Virus record (IMG/VR): IMGVR_UViG_3300021446_000131
Coordinates: 1-52,662 of that record
Source of the DNA: a virus
Taxonomy: Duplodnaviria > Caudoviricetes
DNA length: 52,662 nt
Strand: one strand, 5' to 3'
The position numbers were made by a program, and so were the translations under genes. Of the stretch, positions 37,610 through 47,341 are shown in pieces (the first letter of the stretch is position 1; each line of letters begins with the position of its first letter). Under the pieces are notes generated by a model, which was not told the origin of the DNA, searched no databases, and saw only the letters and a program-made list of their open reading frames with translations.

Positions 37610-38761
37610 TTATTTTTGTGCAAGTGTCACGCTGGTCCCGTCGTCAAACTTCACCTTAAAGGCGTCCTCGTTCTGGTCGTACCACCTGACACACCCACTG
37701 TTGGGCGTCGACGGTTCTGCTTGCGGCTCATACCTGAGTGCAGACGACAACTCGTCGTCGTTCCCATAGCCATGTCGTACTGCATGGTCCTCGTCGTGAT
37801 GGTCGTCGGCACTGACAGTTGACTGGTCGATACCGTCGTGGTCGATGCTGCCTTCATTGACCTGTAAATTGTCAGACCCATCGTCGGACAGCAACGTGCC
37901 AGCAAGGCCGTCGGGTTCAACGTTGAGTGCTGTGGACCCACCAAGGCTGACACTGCCACCACTCTTCAGCCCGTTACCGCTTTGGATGGTGACACTGTCG
38001 TTCTCCAGCGACGTTTGTGGTACGTACTCGTTTGTCGAATCCCACACCGTTGTCGTGTCATCGACCAGGTCGTCTCGAACGTCAATGCCTGCATCAAACT
38101 GATGTAGCGCCGCCCACGTCGGTGTAATCGACAAGTCAATCTCGTCGGTGCCAACTCCGTCCGTGTCGACATCGACCGTGACGGATGACCCGAGACTGAC
38201 GGAGCCGCCCGTTAGTGCGTTGCCACCATCGACAGTGACGGTGTCGTTCTCAAGGGAAGACTGTGTGACGTACTCGTTTGTCGAGTCCCAGATGGTTGTC
38301 GTGTCGGCAACGATGTCACCACGCGTGTCGAGGCCGCTGTCAAAGCGGTGCAGCCCCGCCCACGTCGGTGTGATTGAGAGGTCGATGGGGTCGGTGTCAA
38401 TCGAGTCGTCGGTGACAGACACGTCGACGGCGGAACCCCCAGGGTTCGTGACATCGAAGTACCCATCCGTCAGGTCGATGTCCGTGACGTCCCTGACGAC
38501 TTCATTGCCGTCGTCGGAGACACTTGTCTCGGCGCCGCTGGCAATGGCCTGTCGCTGCCAGTTGGCGCCGTCGCCCAGATAGATGTCCCCCGTGTCAGTC
38601 TCGAAATACTTGGCACCCTCCTTTGGCTCGTAGTCACTTCTGTTGGCCTCGGTGTCACGGATTTCAATGTCTTCGTCAATCTCGCGGAAGTTCTCGTTGA
38701 GTGGGACGTGCCAGCGTTCTGCTCCCTGGTCAGGTTCGTTGTAGTCGTGGTAATCGGTCAT
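37610..38761 (-). CDS. Tail fibre protein with an internal ~83-aa tandem repeat
   Basis: IDLSITPTWA..WDSTNEYV.Q.SLEND..GGSVSLG twice; follows baseplate J. Confidence 0.75.
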   Translation of the reverse strand: MTDYHDYNEPDQGAERWHVPLNENFREIDEDIEIRDTEANRSDYEPKEGAKYFETDTGDIYLGDGANWQRQAIASGAETSVSDDGNEVVRDVTDIDLTDGYFDVTNPGGSAVDVSVTDDSIDTDPIDLSITPTWAGLHRFDSGLDTRGDIVADTTTIWDSTNEYVTQSSLENDTVTVDGGNALTGGSVSLGSSVTVDVDTDGVGTDEIDLSITPTWAALHQFDAGIDVRDDLVDDTTTVWDSTNEYVPQTSLENDSVTIQSGNGLKSGGSVSLGGSTALNVEPDGLAGTLLSDDGSDNLQVNEGSIDHDGIDQSTVSADDHHDEDHAVRHGYGNDDELSSALRYEPQAEPSTPNSGCVRWYDQNEDAFKVKFDDGTSVTLAQK

Positions 38762-38893
38762 AATCAGAGATTATGCCCAACTTCGTGCCTCGTTTCACGA
38801 GCCAAGAAGTCAGTCATTTTCGTACAGTTGTTTATCATGTGTATCAAATATGTGCAGCGTGTCAGGTGCATGAAACGCGTCAATGCTCTGTAA

Positions 38894-38984
38894 GCCATCA
38901 GATTGGTGCGTGTGACGTTTCTGTGGTCAGCAAAGGTGTAACACTTGGAGCGTAACAAACCTGCTCACACAGCAATGTGACGCG
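38894..38984 (+). repeat. 91-bp hairpin element, copy C
   Basis: TCAGATTGGTGCGTGTGACGTTTC...GTGTAACAC...ACAAAC...GCAATGTGACGCG; ungapped alignment. Confidence 0.8.
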
Positions 38985-39041
38985 TCTCACAGCATTGCAG
39001 GGCGACAGACCCGTGACGCGCGCCACGCGTCTGCCAGTGTG

Positions 39042-40802
39042 TCACCGCTTTGTCCTGCTGATGGTAATGGACCCATCAGTCCCATCGATGTCGGCACGCT
39101 CGTTATCATCGATGGCAATCACTTCGAGCCCGTCACTGTCCTGTTGCGTGCCAGGCGTGTAACTCGTGTCAGACGAGTTGACACTGACCACGCCATTGAC
39201 GTCGCCGACACGACTTTCGAGTTGGTTGACAATCATGTCATCGCCAATGCCAAGCCCGTCGATGTTTGCACCGTTCGGGCCAATGCCGCCGATGTAGTTG
39301 ACGATGGCGCGCTTCACGGCGTTGTCGCCAGCATACTCGTCTGTCACAACGATTGAAAGGTCGATGTCCACGTCAATCACGTTCGGGCGGCTGAAACGGA
39401 CGTCGAACGTCTGGCCGTTGACGGCCTCCACGGGGACTGACGTGTTCACGCCGTTGTTGCCACCGAAGTCCCGTGCCGTTGCCGCCTTCTCCTCGAAAAT
39501 GGCATTCGCCACGGCCCTGTCGGTGCCACCGTCGATGACCATCTCGAAGCTGACGGGGGGGAGGCCGCTGTCGTCACTGTCAGTGTCATTCTCGAACAGT
39601 GATACGCCGTTGACGTTTTCCACTTCCAGCATGGTACCGACCAACGCGTCAATCGAGGCGGCACCGCCACGGCCAGACGTCTGGCGGGCGCGAGCACGTA
39701 GTTCGTCGTCACTTTCTTCAGGACTGCCTGCAATGAAGTTGTCAGCGTTCAAATCAAGGCGTGCCGTGTCACCCGTGGCGTATGGGTTCGTCGTGTTGTC
39801 GACGCCAGAGACGGTTGAGGTGACCGCAGCAATCTGGTTGGCGCCGACGTTCGTTTCGACACCAGTGTCTTGGGCCTGTATATTAGCAGACGCGGACTTG
39901 GCGGCAATCTCGTCGAAATTGACGATGCCTGTGGAACTGCGAATCGACAGTGACCCGTCGTACGGCAGGGCGAGTGGCACGTCGCTGTGTTCAACCGTGG
40001 CAATCTCACTGTCGTTGCTGTCACGGACGGTGACTGTCGTGTCACCCGTAACGTGGGCAGTCGCCTCGACGTACAGCCACTCGTCAGTCGGGATGGAATG
40101 GGACTCACGAGTGCCAACGACGGTAACACGGTCGTTGTCGGCGTCAAGGATAATGAAGACGCTCTCGCCAATTTCGATGCCGCCCTTTAGTTTGTTGCTG
40201 CTCGAACTGTCGAAGCGAATGTAAAACGTGTGTGTCTGCTCTGGCACCGACGTGGAGCCCTCGAGTGTGATGACACCACTTTCACTGTCCCGAGACCTGA
40301 GAGACGCCTGCCCTTCGTACGCTTCTGACGTGTCCTTGACGTATGCCGAGGTGTCACCGCTGTAGTCAGTCAACGGGCTGGTGTCCTCGAACCCGTCCCA
40401 GTACGGAATTGTCACCTCGGCAAGGGTGTCGAAGTTCAGCCCGCTTGCGGTCTGGACAGTGGTGCCAGCGGGAATTGTATAGGTCTGCTCGGCAGGCTCG
40501 TCTCGGCTGAAGGTCTGGATGCCTGTGGCACCGACAGCCGCCTTGCGTTCGAGGCCGAGGATTGCCACGACGCGTTCGAGCGTGTCACCATCAGCCGCAT
40601 CGAGGAAACCGCCCTCGTAGGCGGTTACCAGGTCACGCTCCTGTTGGTCGGCAAACACATCGGCATGGGCCTTGGCAAGCGCGTTGTACACGCTGCCAGT
40701 TGACAGGTCGGGGTCATCGACGTGCTCTCGTAAGGCGTTGCGAAGCCTGTCAGCTAACTCGGCCTCCGTCAGCGCCGTGGCTTCGCCGTCTTCAACGTTC
40801 AT
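39042..40802 (-). CDS. Baseplate J-like protein with an inserted domain
   Basis: FLDAADGDTLE, IPAGTTV, GVETNVGANQI, ESDDELRAR motifs. Confidence 0.9.
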   Translation of the reverse strand: MNVEDGEATALTEAELADRLRNALREHVDDPDLSTGSVYNALAKAHADVFADQQERDLVTAYEGGFLDAADGDTLERVVAILGLERKAAVGATGIQTFSRDEPAEQTYTIPAGTTVQTASGLNFDTLAEVTIPYWDGFEDTSPLTDYSGDTSAYVKDTSEAYEGQASLRSRDSESGVITLEGSTSVPEQTHTFYIRFDSSSSNKLKGGIEIGESVFIILDADNDRVTVVGTRESHSIPTDEWLYVEATAHVTGDTTVTVRDSNDSEIATVEHSDVPLALPYDGSLSIRSSTGIVNFDEIAAKSASANIQAQDTGVETNVGANQIAAVTSTVSGVDNTTNPYATGDTARLDLNADNFIAGSPEESDDELRARARQTSGRGGAASIDALVGTMLEVENVNGVSLFENDTDSDDSGLPPVSFEMVIDGGTDRAVANAIFEEKAATARDFGGNNGVNTSVPVEAVNGQTFDVRFSRPNVIDVDIDLSIVVTDEYAGDNAVKRAIVNYIGGIGPNGANIDGLGIGDDMIVNQLESRVGDVNGVVSVNSSDTSYTPGTQQDSDGLEVIAIDDNERADIDGTDGSITISRTKR

Positions 40803-40878
40803 GTGAGTATTAAAATATAGTGGTCCGTCTCACTCTTGTGGCGTCTGTGACAGTATACTGACTCGCGTCAGACCCGTG

Positions 40879-41190
40879 TTACGTGTCAACCTGTATGGCA
40901 CCGTTATGCACCGTGTTGACAACAGCAGTCAGGCTGTTGTCTCGTCTGTCTAACTCGGTAATGCGGGTGTCGACAATTGACACATCGCTTCGTCTGTCGA
41001 TGGCTCTGCTGATTTGTGACTCAAGTTTGCCTGCCGCCTCGGCAGTTAATGGGTCACCAAGCAGGGCGGTGACCTCGTCAGATACAATCAGACGTATCTG
41101 TTGTTCTAACGCCTGTAGCCCGTCAATCGTCTCGATGTCACCGTCGTCTGTTCGCTGCAAGTCACGGTCTTGGTATAACAGGTCATTCAT
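40879..41190 (-). CDS. Baseplate wedge / sheath initiator (gp25-like)
   Basis: DGDIETIDGLQALEQQI; size and position before baseplate J. Confidence 0.7.
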   Translation of the reverse strand: MNDLLYQDRDLQRTDDGDIETIDGLQALEQQIRLIVSDEVTALLGDPLTAEAAGKLESQISRAIDRRSDVSIVDTRITELDRRDNSLTAVVNTVHNGAIQVDT

Positions 41191-41205
41191 GTGGACACGT
41201 GAGTG

Positions 41206-42423
41206 TTAACTCCAATGGACATCTCGTACGTCTGAAAACCTGTCAGTTTCAGGCTGCTCGTAACGTGACGCGAAGGATGCTGTCTCAACGCGGAAGTTGT
41301 CATCACACGTATACTTTACTATGAGACTGTTAAATCTGACTGACGTCCAGAACGCTGACCCATCACCGTTCCACGACATGCCAGTCATTCTTTCATATGA
41401 CCGTTCGTCTTCCTCAAATACGCCATCAAGTTGCCGTGTTGTGATGTCGAACGGCGTTGTACAGAAATACTCATCTATGTAACCATTGTCATCCACAACG
41501 TAAAACCGTGACCCGTCGTTGTTCCACTCAATTCCATCGGGGTTAGTTGCCTCGCCGTTATCGTTTGTGTCAAACTTGACAGAGAACGAAGCTGTGGTAA
41601 TCTCGAACGGCGTTGACAGGTCATACTCGTACATTTCGGAGGGGCTTTCTGCAACAAGGAACATCTTCGACCCATCATTGTTGAACTTCACTCCCTCAAC
41701 GTCATCTCCCGTTACATCTTCCGTATTGATTTGCTTCGATAGAGACGCCGTCGTCACGTCGAAGGGGGTATCGCACTCGTACTGGAATAGCTGGTCATCA
41801 TAGTAATAACTGCTGACAACATACATTAGCGAGCCATCGTTGTTAAACTCGACAGCTTCGACGTCGTCAACATCGTCAACGTTGTCAACGTATATTCCCC
41901 CTTCGTAGATGGCTGTGTTAAAGTCATACGACGTCGAACAGTACCACTGATGGATGACTTCGTCGTCTTCCTCCGCCACGTACATGACTTCACCAGGCTC
42001 GACGTTGGCCTCAATGCCGCTGCTGGACAGCAACACCGCTCCCTCTCCTTTGTCGGGCTGGTCGCTAATGTCGTGGGCATACAGCCCCTCACCAGCCCTG
42101 ACAGTCGTGCCAAGAAACTCCTCGTTGTTGTCGTTGATGAATTTCAGGTCGGTGCCGCCACCCGTGTCAGGCGTTTCTAATTCCTCGACACGTGTAAGCA
42201 CGTGCTCGACGTATGCCGAGTCACTCGTCGTGTAGCCGACGACGACAGTGTCGCCTTCACCGACAGTGAGGCTGTCAGGGATTGTCGCACGAAACGGCCT
42301 GTTGTCGTTCACGAGTGTGACGGCGGCCACGTCGTCTGTCAGTGCTTCCACGACAGCAACGTCACTTCCAGACTCCTGAGCGACGTTAAGTGCTTGTTCT
42401 CTCGCGGTTTCAAAGGGATTCAT
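41206..42423 (-). CDS. Spike-position protein: OB-like N-terminus plus beta-propeller repeats
   Basis: EGDTVVVGY N-domain; ~50-aa repeats (F/W)NNDGS...TPFD(V/I)TT. Confidence 0.6.
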   Translation of the reverse strand: MNPFETAREQALNVAQESGSDVAVVEALTDDVAAVTLVNDNRPFRATIPDSLTVGEGDTVVVGYTTSDSAYVEHVLTRVEELETPDTGGGTDLKFINDNNEEFLGTTVRAGEGLYAHDISDQPDKGEGAVLLSSSGIEANVEPGEVMYVAEEDDEVIHQWYCSTSYDFNTAIYEGGIYVDNVDDVDDVEAVEFNNDGSLMYVVSSYYYDDQLFQYECDTPFDVTTASLSKQINTEDVTGDDVEGVKFNNDGSKMFLVAESPSEMYEYDLSTPFEITTASFSVKFDTNDNGEATNPDGIEWNNDGSRFYVVDDNGYIDEYFCTTPFDITTRQLDGVFEEDERSYERMTGMSWNGDGSAFWTSVRFNSLIVKYTCDDNFRVETASFASRYEQPETDRFSDVRDVHWS

Positions 42424-42550
42424 GGTAGTATAGTGTTGTCCTTCATGCAGATGTAGTGCAGCATGACAACTGCTTGTTGGGTGACAATATAGTGACGCGC
42501 ATCAGTTCTCTGGCTTGTCAGTTTGTGAAATAAATCGGCAAGGCGCAACT

Positions 42551-44194
42551 TTAATTGCCAGTTTGCTTCACTTTCGCTGTCGGGAAACTAATCTGGTCGT
42601 CACGCAGGCTAACGCCCACGTCAAGGTGTGTGCGATAGTACCCGCCCATGTCTTGAATGTGTGTGACTTCGTTAACTTCGTAGCGAACTGGTACGGGCGT
42701 GGCGTCGACAACGTCGTAACACTGCTCGAAGGCGTCGAGTGTGTCGAACGGGTGGATGTACGGGTTGCCAAGACAATCGATGGCGCCCTCATTCCGTTGC
42801 GTTGCGGCGTCACGGAGGGTTTCGACGGCCTCGGCCTTTGCCGTCTCGACAGTTTCGGCGGAACTGTCAACTGTCTTCACTTCCAGTTCCGTTTCACCAG
42901 CAGCCTGATACAGTGCGTCTGACCTGGCCGTGACGACGGGGTAGCCCCGTGGTGGCACCACATCATTGTCACCAGCAGTGACGTCAGCGTCAGCAGTGTC
43001 GGGGGCAAGTGGCTCGTACACTCTCCCCAACGTGTCGACATCGACGGGGCCTGGCAGCAGTCCTCTGCCCGTTTCACCAACAACTGTTGCGGTGTTCGTC
43101 GGTGCTATCTCGAACAAGGCATCGTTTTCGAGCACTTCGATGGTGTCGAATCCCACGTAGTTGCCATCGTCAAACGCGTCGAACACGCCATCGGTGAGCA
43201 AGTCAGGGAACTCCGCGCCGTCACGAAATTCGCTTGCCACCTCGTCACCGATGAAACGGCGTGACGGTGGTGTCGCATGGAAGACGAGTGCCACGCCGTT
43301 GGCAGTCGGCTCGAAGTGCCACTGCAAGTTCGTCTTGGACTTGAGCCACGTGCAGATGTCCAGCAACGTGTTCTCGTTTTCAGTGAACTTCTTCGTGCCA
43401 AGGCCAAGCTGTCCAAGAACGAACTGGACTGGGGGCGACAAGATTAGTGGGGACACATTCGTGGCAGTTCCCGTTTCAATCGTGTCGCTGTCACGTGACT
43501 GTTCGTCCACGACGGTGTCGGACCGAATGTCACTGACGGACTGTATCACGTCGTCGGCGCCGAACGTCACGACACTGTAGACCGTTTCAGCCGTCTGGTT
43601 GCCGTCAATGAGTTTGCTAATGCCAGTTGGCTCCGTCTCGACGGCTTCGGGACCGACGGTCACAACGTTGGTAAGCGGAATGTCCGTTTTCTGAACGATG
43701 TTCGTGGCGATGCGGCGAACCACGTCGTTGACAGTCGGGTCAGTGAATGACTCGTTCACTGGCACTGCCTCAAGCAGTTTCGTGAAGTCGTACACCCACA
43801 TCTTCGACTCTAACTCGTTCATGGTGCCACCGACGCCTGCCACGTACCCCACAGCCGTGGGGACCCACGTGTTGTCAGCGTTACGGTGACTGATACGGGC
43901 GACAGTGAATTCTGAGGTGCCAAAGCCCTTGACAAAGGCACGCACCCCCACGTCGTCCCAGACGGTTGGGAAATCGACACGGGTGTTCTTCTCGATGGGT
44001 GCGTGTTCGCCCTTCGTAATTCGCGTCTCGACACGGCTGGTGGGGATTTCACGCCACTCCGTAATGCCAGACTCGTCGGGATAGGCACCGACCTCGACAC
44101 GGACACGTTTCTGAGGACAGTCCCGTGACCACGACTGAGGAACGGTGTCAACGTCACTGTTCGTTGAACTGCCAACTGGCTTGATGCGCGTCAC
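42551..44194 (-). CDS. Baseplate hub protein
   Basis: Position after tape measure; C-terminal GNP.I.PFD...YEVNEVTH. Confidence 0.65.
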   Translation of the reverse strand: MTRIKPVGSSTNSDVDTVPQSWSRDCPQKRVRVEVGAYPDESGITEWREIPTSRVETRITKGEHAPIEKNTRVDFPTVWDDVGVRAFVKGFGTSEFTVARISHRNADNTWVPTAVGYVAGVGGTMNELESKMWVYDFTKLLEAVPVNESFTDPTVNDVVRRIATNIVQKTDIPLTNVVTVGPEAVETEPTGISKLIDGNQTAETVYSVVTFGADDVIQSVSDIRSDTVVDEQSRDSDTIETGTATNVSPLILSPPVQFVLGQLGLGTKKFTENENTLLDICTWLKSKTNLQWHFEPTANGVALVFHATPPSRRFIGDEVASEFRDGAEFPDLLTDGVFDAFDDGNYVGFDTIEVLENDALFEIAPTNTATVVGETGRGLLPGPVDVDTLGRVYEPLAPDTADADVTAGDNDVVPPRGYPVVTARSDALYQAAGETELEVKTVDSSAETVETAKAEAVETLRDAATQRNEGAIDCLGNPYIHPFDTLDAFEQCYDVVDATPVPVRYEVNEVTHIQDMGGYYRTHLDVGVSLRDDQISFPTAKVKQTGN

Positions 44195-44315
44195 TATTTT
44201 GTTACCTCACACGCAGGTGTTGTGCTGCGCACCATCTGCCTGACGCGTGACACAATATTGCCGCCTTGACGGCTTGTGAAACAAGTCGGCAAGACGCAAC
44301 GAAGTTGCCAGTGTG

Positions 44316-44765
44316 TCACGAAGATTGTCCTCCCAACTGAATTTGCCACTCGAACGCGATGTACGTCTCTCCTTTCAGCGTAATAGTCGGCATGTCAGCG
44401 ACCTGACGCAGTAACACGTTCGAGACTTCCATCGGTTCGTTGATGGGAAAGTCGCTAACAATCCGCACCTCGTCACCCTCGTTCACATCGAACAGTAGGT
44501 GACGGGGCTCCAGGTACCCGTCGGGCATATTCTTCCCGATGATGCCCTTGGCCGTGACGGCAAACGGCTCTTCAGCCGTCTGTCGTTGCTTGCGACGACC
44601 ACACTGTGTGCCAGTCTCGTCCATCTCGCCGTTGGACTCGACTTCTATTTCCTGACAGACGAATGGCTCGTAGGCCTCACCGTCGATGACGAGTTGAAAG
44701 CGTCTGCCCTCGACTTCAACTTCCTGTATCTCGCCACCGCTGCCAATAATTCGTGATATTCTCAT
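44316..44765 (-). CDS. Tail tube initiator-like protein
   Basis: 149-aa beta-rich ORF between tape measure and hub. Confidence 0.5.
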   Translation of the reverse strand: MRISRIIGSGGEIQEVEVEGRRFQLVIDGEAYEPFVCQEIEVESNGEMDETGTQCGRRKQRQTAEEPFAVTAKGIIGKNMPDGYLEPRHLLFDVNEGDEVRIVSDFPINEPMEVSNVLLRQVADMPTITLKGETYIAFEWQIQLGGQSS

Positions 44766-44784
44766 GTCAGGTATATGTTACCCG

Positions 44785-46431
44785 TCATGTGGTTGAGTTT
44801 GTCCGACTGGCGCGGAAGTTAGCATTGCGCGTCTGGTTTCGCAACGTGTCTGGATTCGCCTCACCCTGGATGTTAATCTCGAAGTTCGTCATCGCCGTGG
44901 AGCCAGTGCTGCCACGTGACGTGTCGCCGCTGCCACCAAAGCCGTACGGATTGTCACCGTCGGTGCCACGTGACAGTCGCCTAAAGTCGCGTAACTGGTC
45001 CGTCGCGTCACCAATGTTCGTGCCAAGCACACCAAACTTCTTCGCCAGGGCCGTGATGCCACCAATGGCGAGAGCACCCACACCAAGTGTGAGAACGCCT
45101 ATCAGGGCAAGGATAGCACCGACCAGGAAGTACGTGGCACCCCCAGCCGAGGCAACAGACACCATGTACGCTTCGAGTTTCGGAATCTGTGCCACGACCG
45201 CAATGCCGAGCGAGACGAGTCTGCTAATCAGTCCCGCAATGACACCGCGGCCCCAGAACAGCATGGCCGTGATGATTGTCAGCGTCGTGGCAATCAAGGC
45301 ACCCATCTGCTGTTCGAGCCGCCCACCAAACGTAATGAGATATAGCACGGCGCTAACGGCGGCGAGAATGGCGTTTGTGACCTGCAAGAATCCCTTAGAC
45401 ATGTTGGCAAGACGATAAATGATGTTCAAGAGCAAGTGGAAGAAGGCCATAAACTCGGGGAGAATGTCTGCCATGAAGTCCGTCAGACGCTCTGCCAGGT
45501 TCGCGTCCTGTAGTGCATTGCCAAGGATACTGAAGACGCCGCGAAACGCAATTGCCATCTCGCCAAGGGCCTGGATGACGCCAGGAATGTAATCCAGTAA
45601 GAAGCTGCCAAAGTCACGGGCGAGGTCGGCAAAGCGAACCAGCGTGTCACCACGGTCGGCAAGGGCCTGGAAAAAGGTTTCAAGGCCATCGAGTGCGTCC
45701 TCAAACAGTGGTGTCAACTGTTCAGCAAGTGGACGGAAGGCGTCAAGAAAGTCTTCTTTGACCTGTTCGAGGATGTCAGCAGCCTCCATGTCGTCTTGCA
45801 TGACCAGGCCAAGGGCGCCCAGGCCCGTGACACCCGCCAAGGCTGCTGCCGCACCAACGGCTGCTGCGCCGAGTGCCACGAGTCCGCCAATGACAGCGGG
45901 TAAGGCGCCTATCAGTACGACAAGTAAGGGAATAAGTTCCGCCACGAAGTTGTGGGCGGCAGACATGTTGAGGTTGAAGTCTTCTAAGTTATCAGTGGCA
46001 CTGTCAATCGTGTCACTGGCCGAGTCCATCATGCGTGACAGTGTGCCAGCCGACTCACTGTTCATGTCGAGCGATGCTGCTAATCGCCTGGCATTACGAG
46101 AGGCTTCTGTCACCGTGGCAGCCGCCGTGACACGTCGCTCTGTTTGTGCCAGACGGTTGGCACCCCTGCTGGCACCGCCCTCACTCAGACTGACATCTCC
46201 CACGCCAGTTGCAAGTCGCCTGCCAGTACCCTGTGCCTGTAACGTGGCCATCTGGGCCTGTAACTGGCTCAAATCCTCGTGTGCAGGCTGTGTGTTGAGT
46301 CCTATCTTGCTGCCATCGACACGTTCGATTTGCCGCTCGACAACTTCTAACTCGTCAAACAGCAGTTCGAGCTTGGCACTAAACTCGTCAACGACTTCGA
46401 TGATGGCACGTAAGCGTTCTTCGTCGACCAT
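44785..46431 (-). CDS. Tape measure protein
   Basis: Ala/Gly/Leu-rich helical protein with hydrophobic segments, after the chaperone pair. Confidence 0.85.
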   Translation of the reverse strand: MVDEERLRAIIEVVDEFSAKLELLFDELEVVERQIERVDGSKIGLNTQPAHEDLSQLQAQMATLQAQGTGRRLATGVGDVSLSEGGASRGANRLAQTERRVTAAATVTEASRNARRLAASLDMNSESAGTLSRMMDSASDTIDSATDNLEDFNLNMSAAHNFVAELIPLLVVLIGALPAVIGGLVALGAAAVGAAAALAGVTGLGALGLVMQDDMEAADILEQVKEDFLDAFRPLAEQLTPLFEDALDGLETFFQALADRGDTLVRFADLARDFGSFLLDYIPGVIQALGEMAIAFRGVFSILGNALQDANLAERLTDFMADILPEFMAFFHLLLNIIYRLANMSKGFLQVTNAILAAVSAVLYLITFGGRLEQQMGALIATTLTIITAMLFWGRGVIAGLISRLVSLGIAVVAQIPKLEAYMVSVASAGGATYFLVGAILALIGVLTLGVGALAIGGITALAKKFGVLGTNIGDATDQLRDFRRLSRGTDGDNPYGFGGSGDTSRGSTGSTAMTNFEINIQGEANPDTLRNQTRNANFRASRTNSTT

Positions 46432-46502
46432 TAGTGAACACCGTGAGCTAATGGACTACCAAAACAATCTTCGATTGTGCGTTCGGGCATTAAATTGTAG
46501 TA

Positions 46503-47308
46503 TTACAGACCACTGGGGAGACTATGGCCGTGACGCATGGCAGAAGAGGGCTTGCTGTCATAATCATCGGTGTGATGGTCCTTTGCCACGACGTAGACAA
46601 ACCGCTGGATAGGAGTAAGTTCCTTCTGTGTGTCAGCTAAAGAGAATCCAGCGTCGTGCAGCGTGTAAATGGCCTCACCGTGTTCGGACTCGGCTAATTC
46701 TCGGAGGTGTTCTCGTTTCCCACCGTTGCCGTGAGACACTCCATGCCGATTTCAAAGGACACGAAGTCGGTTGCGTTATACACACGTTCTGCCCACTCGT
46801 CTTTGAGCGCATCACGGGTGTCCTCGGGCTGCTGGACCTGAGTCCCGTACTCCTTTTCAATTTCGTGTGCTCGCTCCCGCATGGCGTGCTGCATGTCCTC
46901 GGCGTCGGGTTCAACGCCATAGACGGCGGCAAGGCGGACGGCCTCGAACGTGTCTTCGGACAACACGCCAAAGACGTCAACGCCAGCGTCTTCCATTTCG
47001 TCCTGTAGTTCAGAACGACGTTCCTCTTCTTCTGCAGACAACTCGTCCTTGTCTCGAAGTTCGTCTAACTCTTCACGAACGTCGTCGGGGTACTCGTCTC
47101 GAAGTTCCTCAATCTCGTCGCGGTCGAACAGCGCCATAACCTCTTCCATCTCTGGGTCAGTTAGCTGTCTGACACAAAGCGTAACAGTCTCGCCATCGAT
47201 GTCAACTGTAATCTCACCACGCCAATCGCTGCCTTTCTTCAACTTAGCCTTCGCCTTGCTGAACCCACTCATGCTGTTTGATGGGGTAATGTCAGTCTCA
47301 GTAACCAA
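46503..47308 (-). CDS. Tail assembly chaperones G (46694..47308; start may be internal MSGFSK) and GT by -1 frameshift into 46503..46739
   Basis: In-frame slippery G-GGA-AAC at 46721-46715; the -1 frame continues GKREHLRELAESE. Confidence 0.8.
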
Positions 47309-47341
47309 AGTCTTATTTGTATGAGACTATTACAATACACT

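Noticed and set aside
37950-38400. Tail fibre repeat as a DGR template/variable pair
   Set aside because: Both copies are in-frame within one gene, differences are not adenine-specific, and no reverse transcriptase is present
39298-40224. Long + strand ORF (308 aa)
   Set aside because: Antisense shadow of baseplate J; Ser/Thr-rich, no motifs
45644-46612. Long + strand ORF (322 aa)
   Set aside because: Antisense shadow of the tape measure gene
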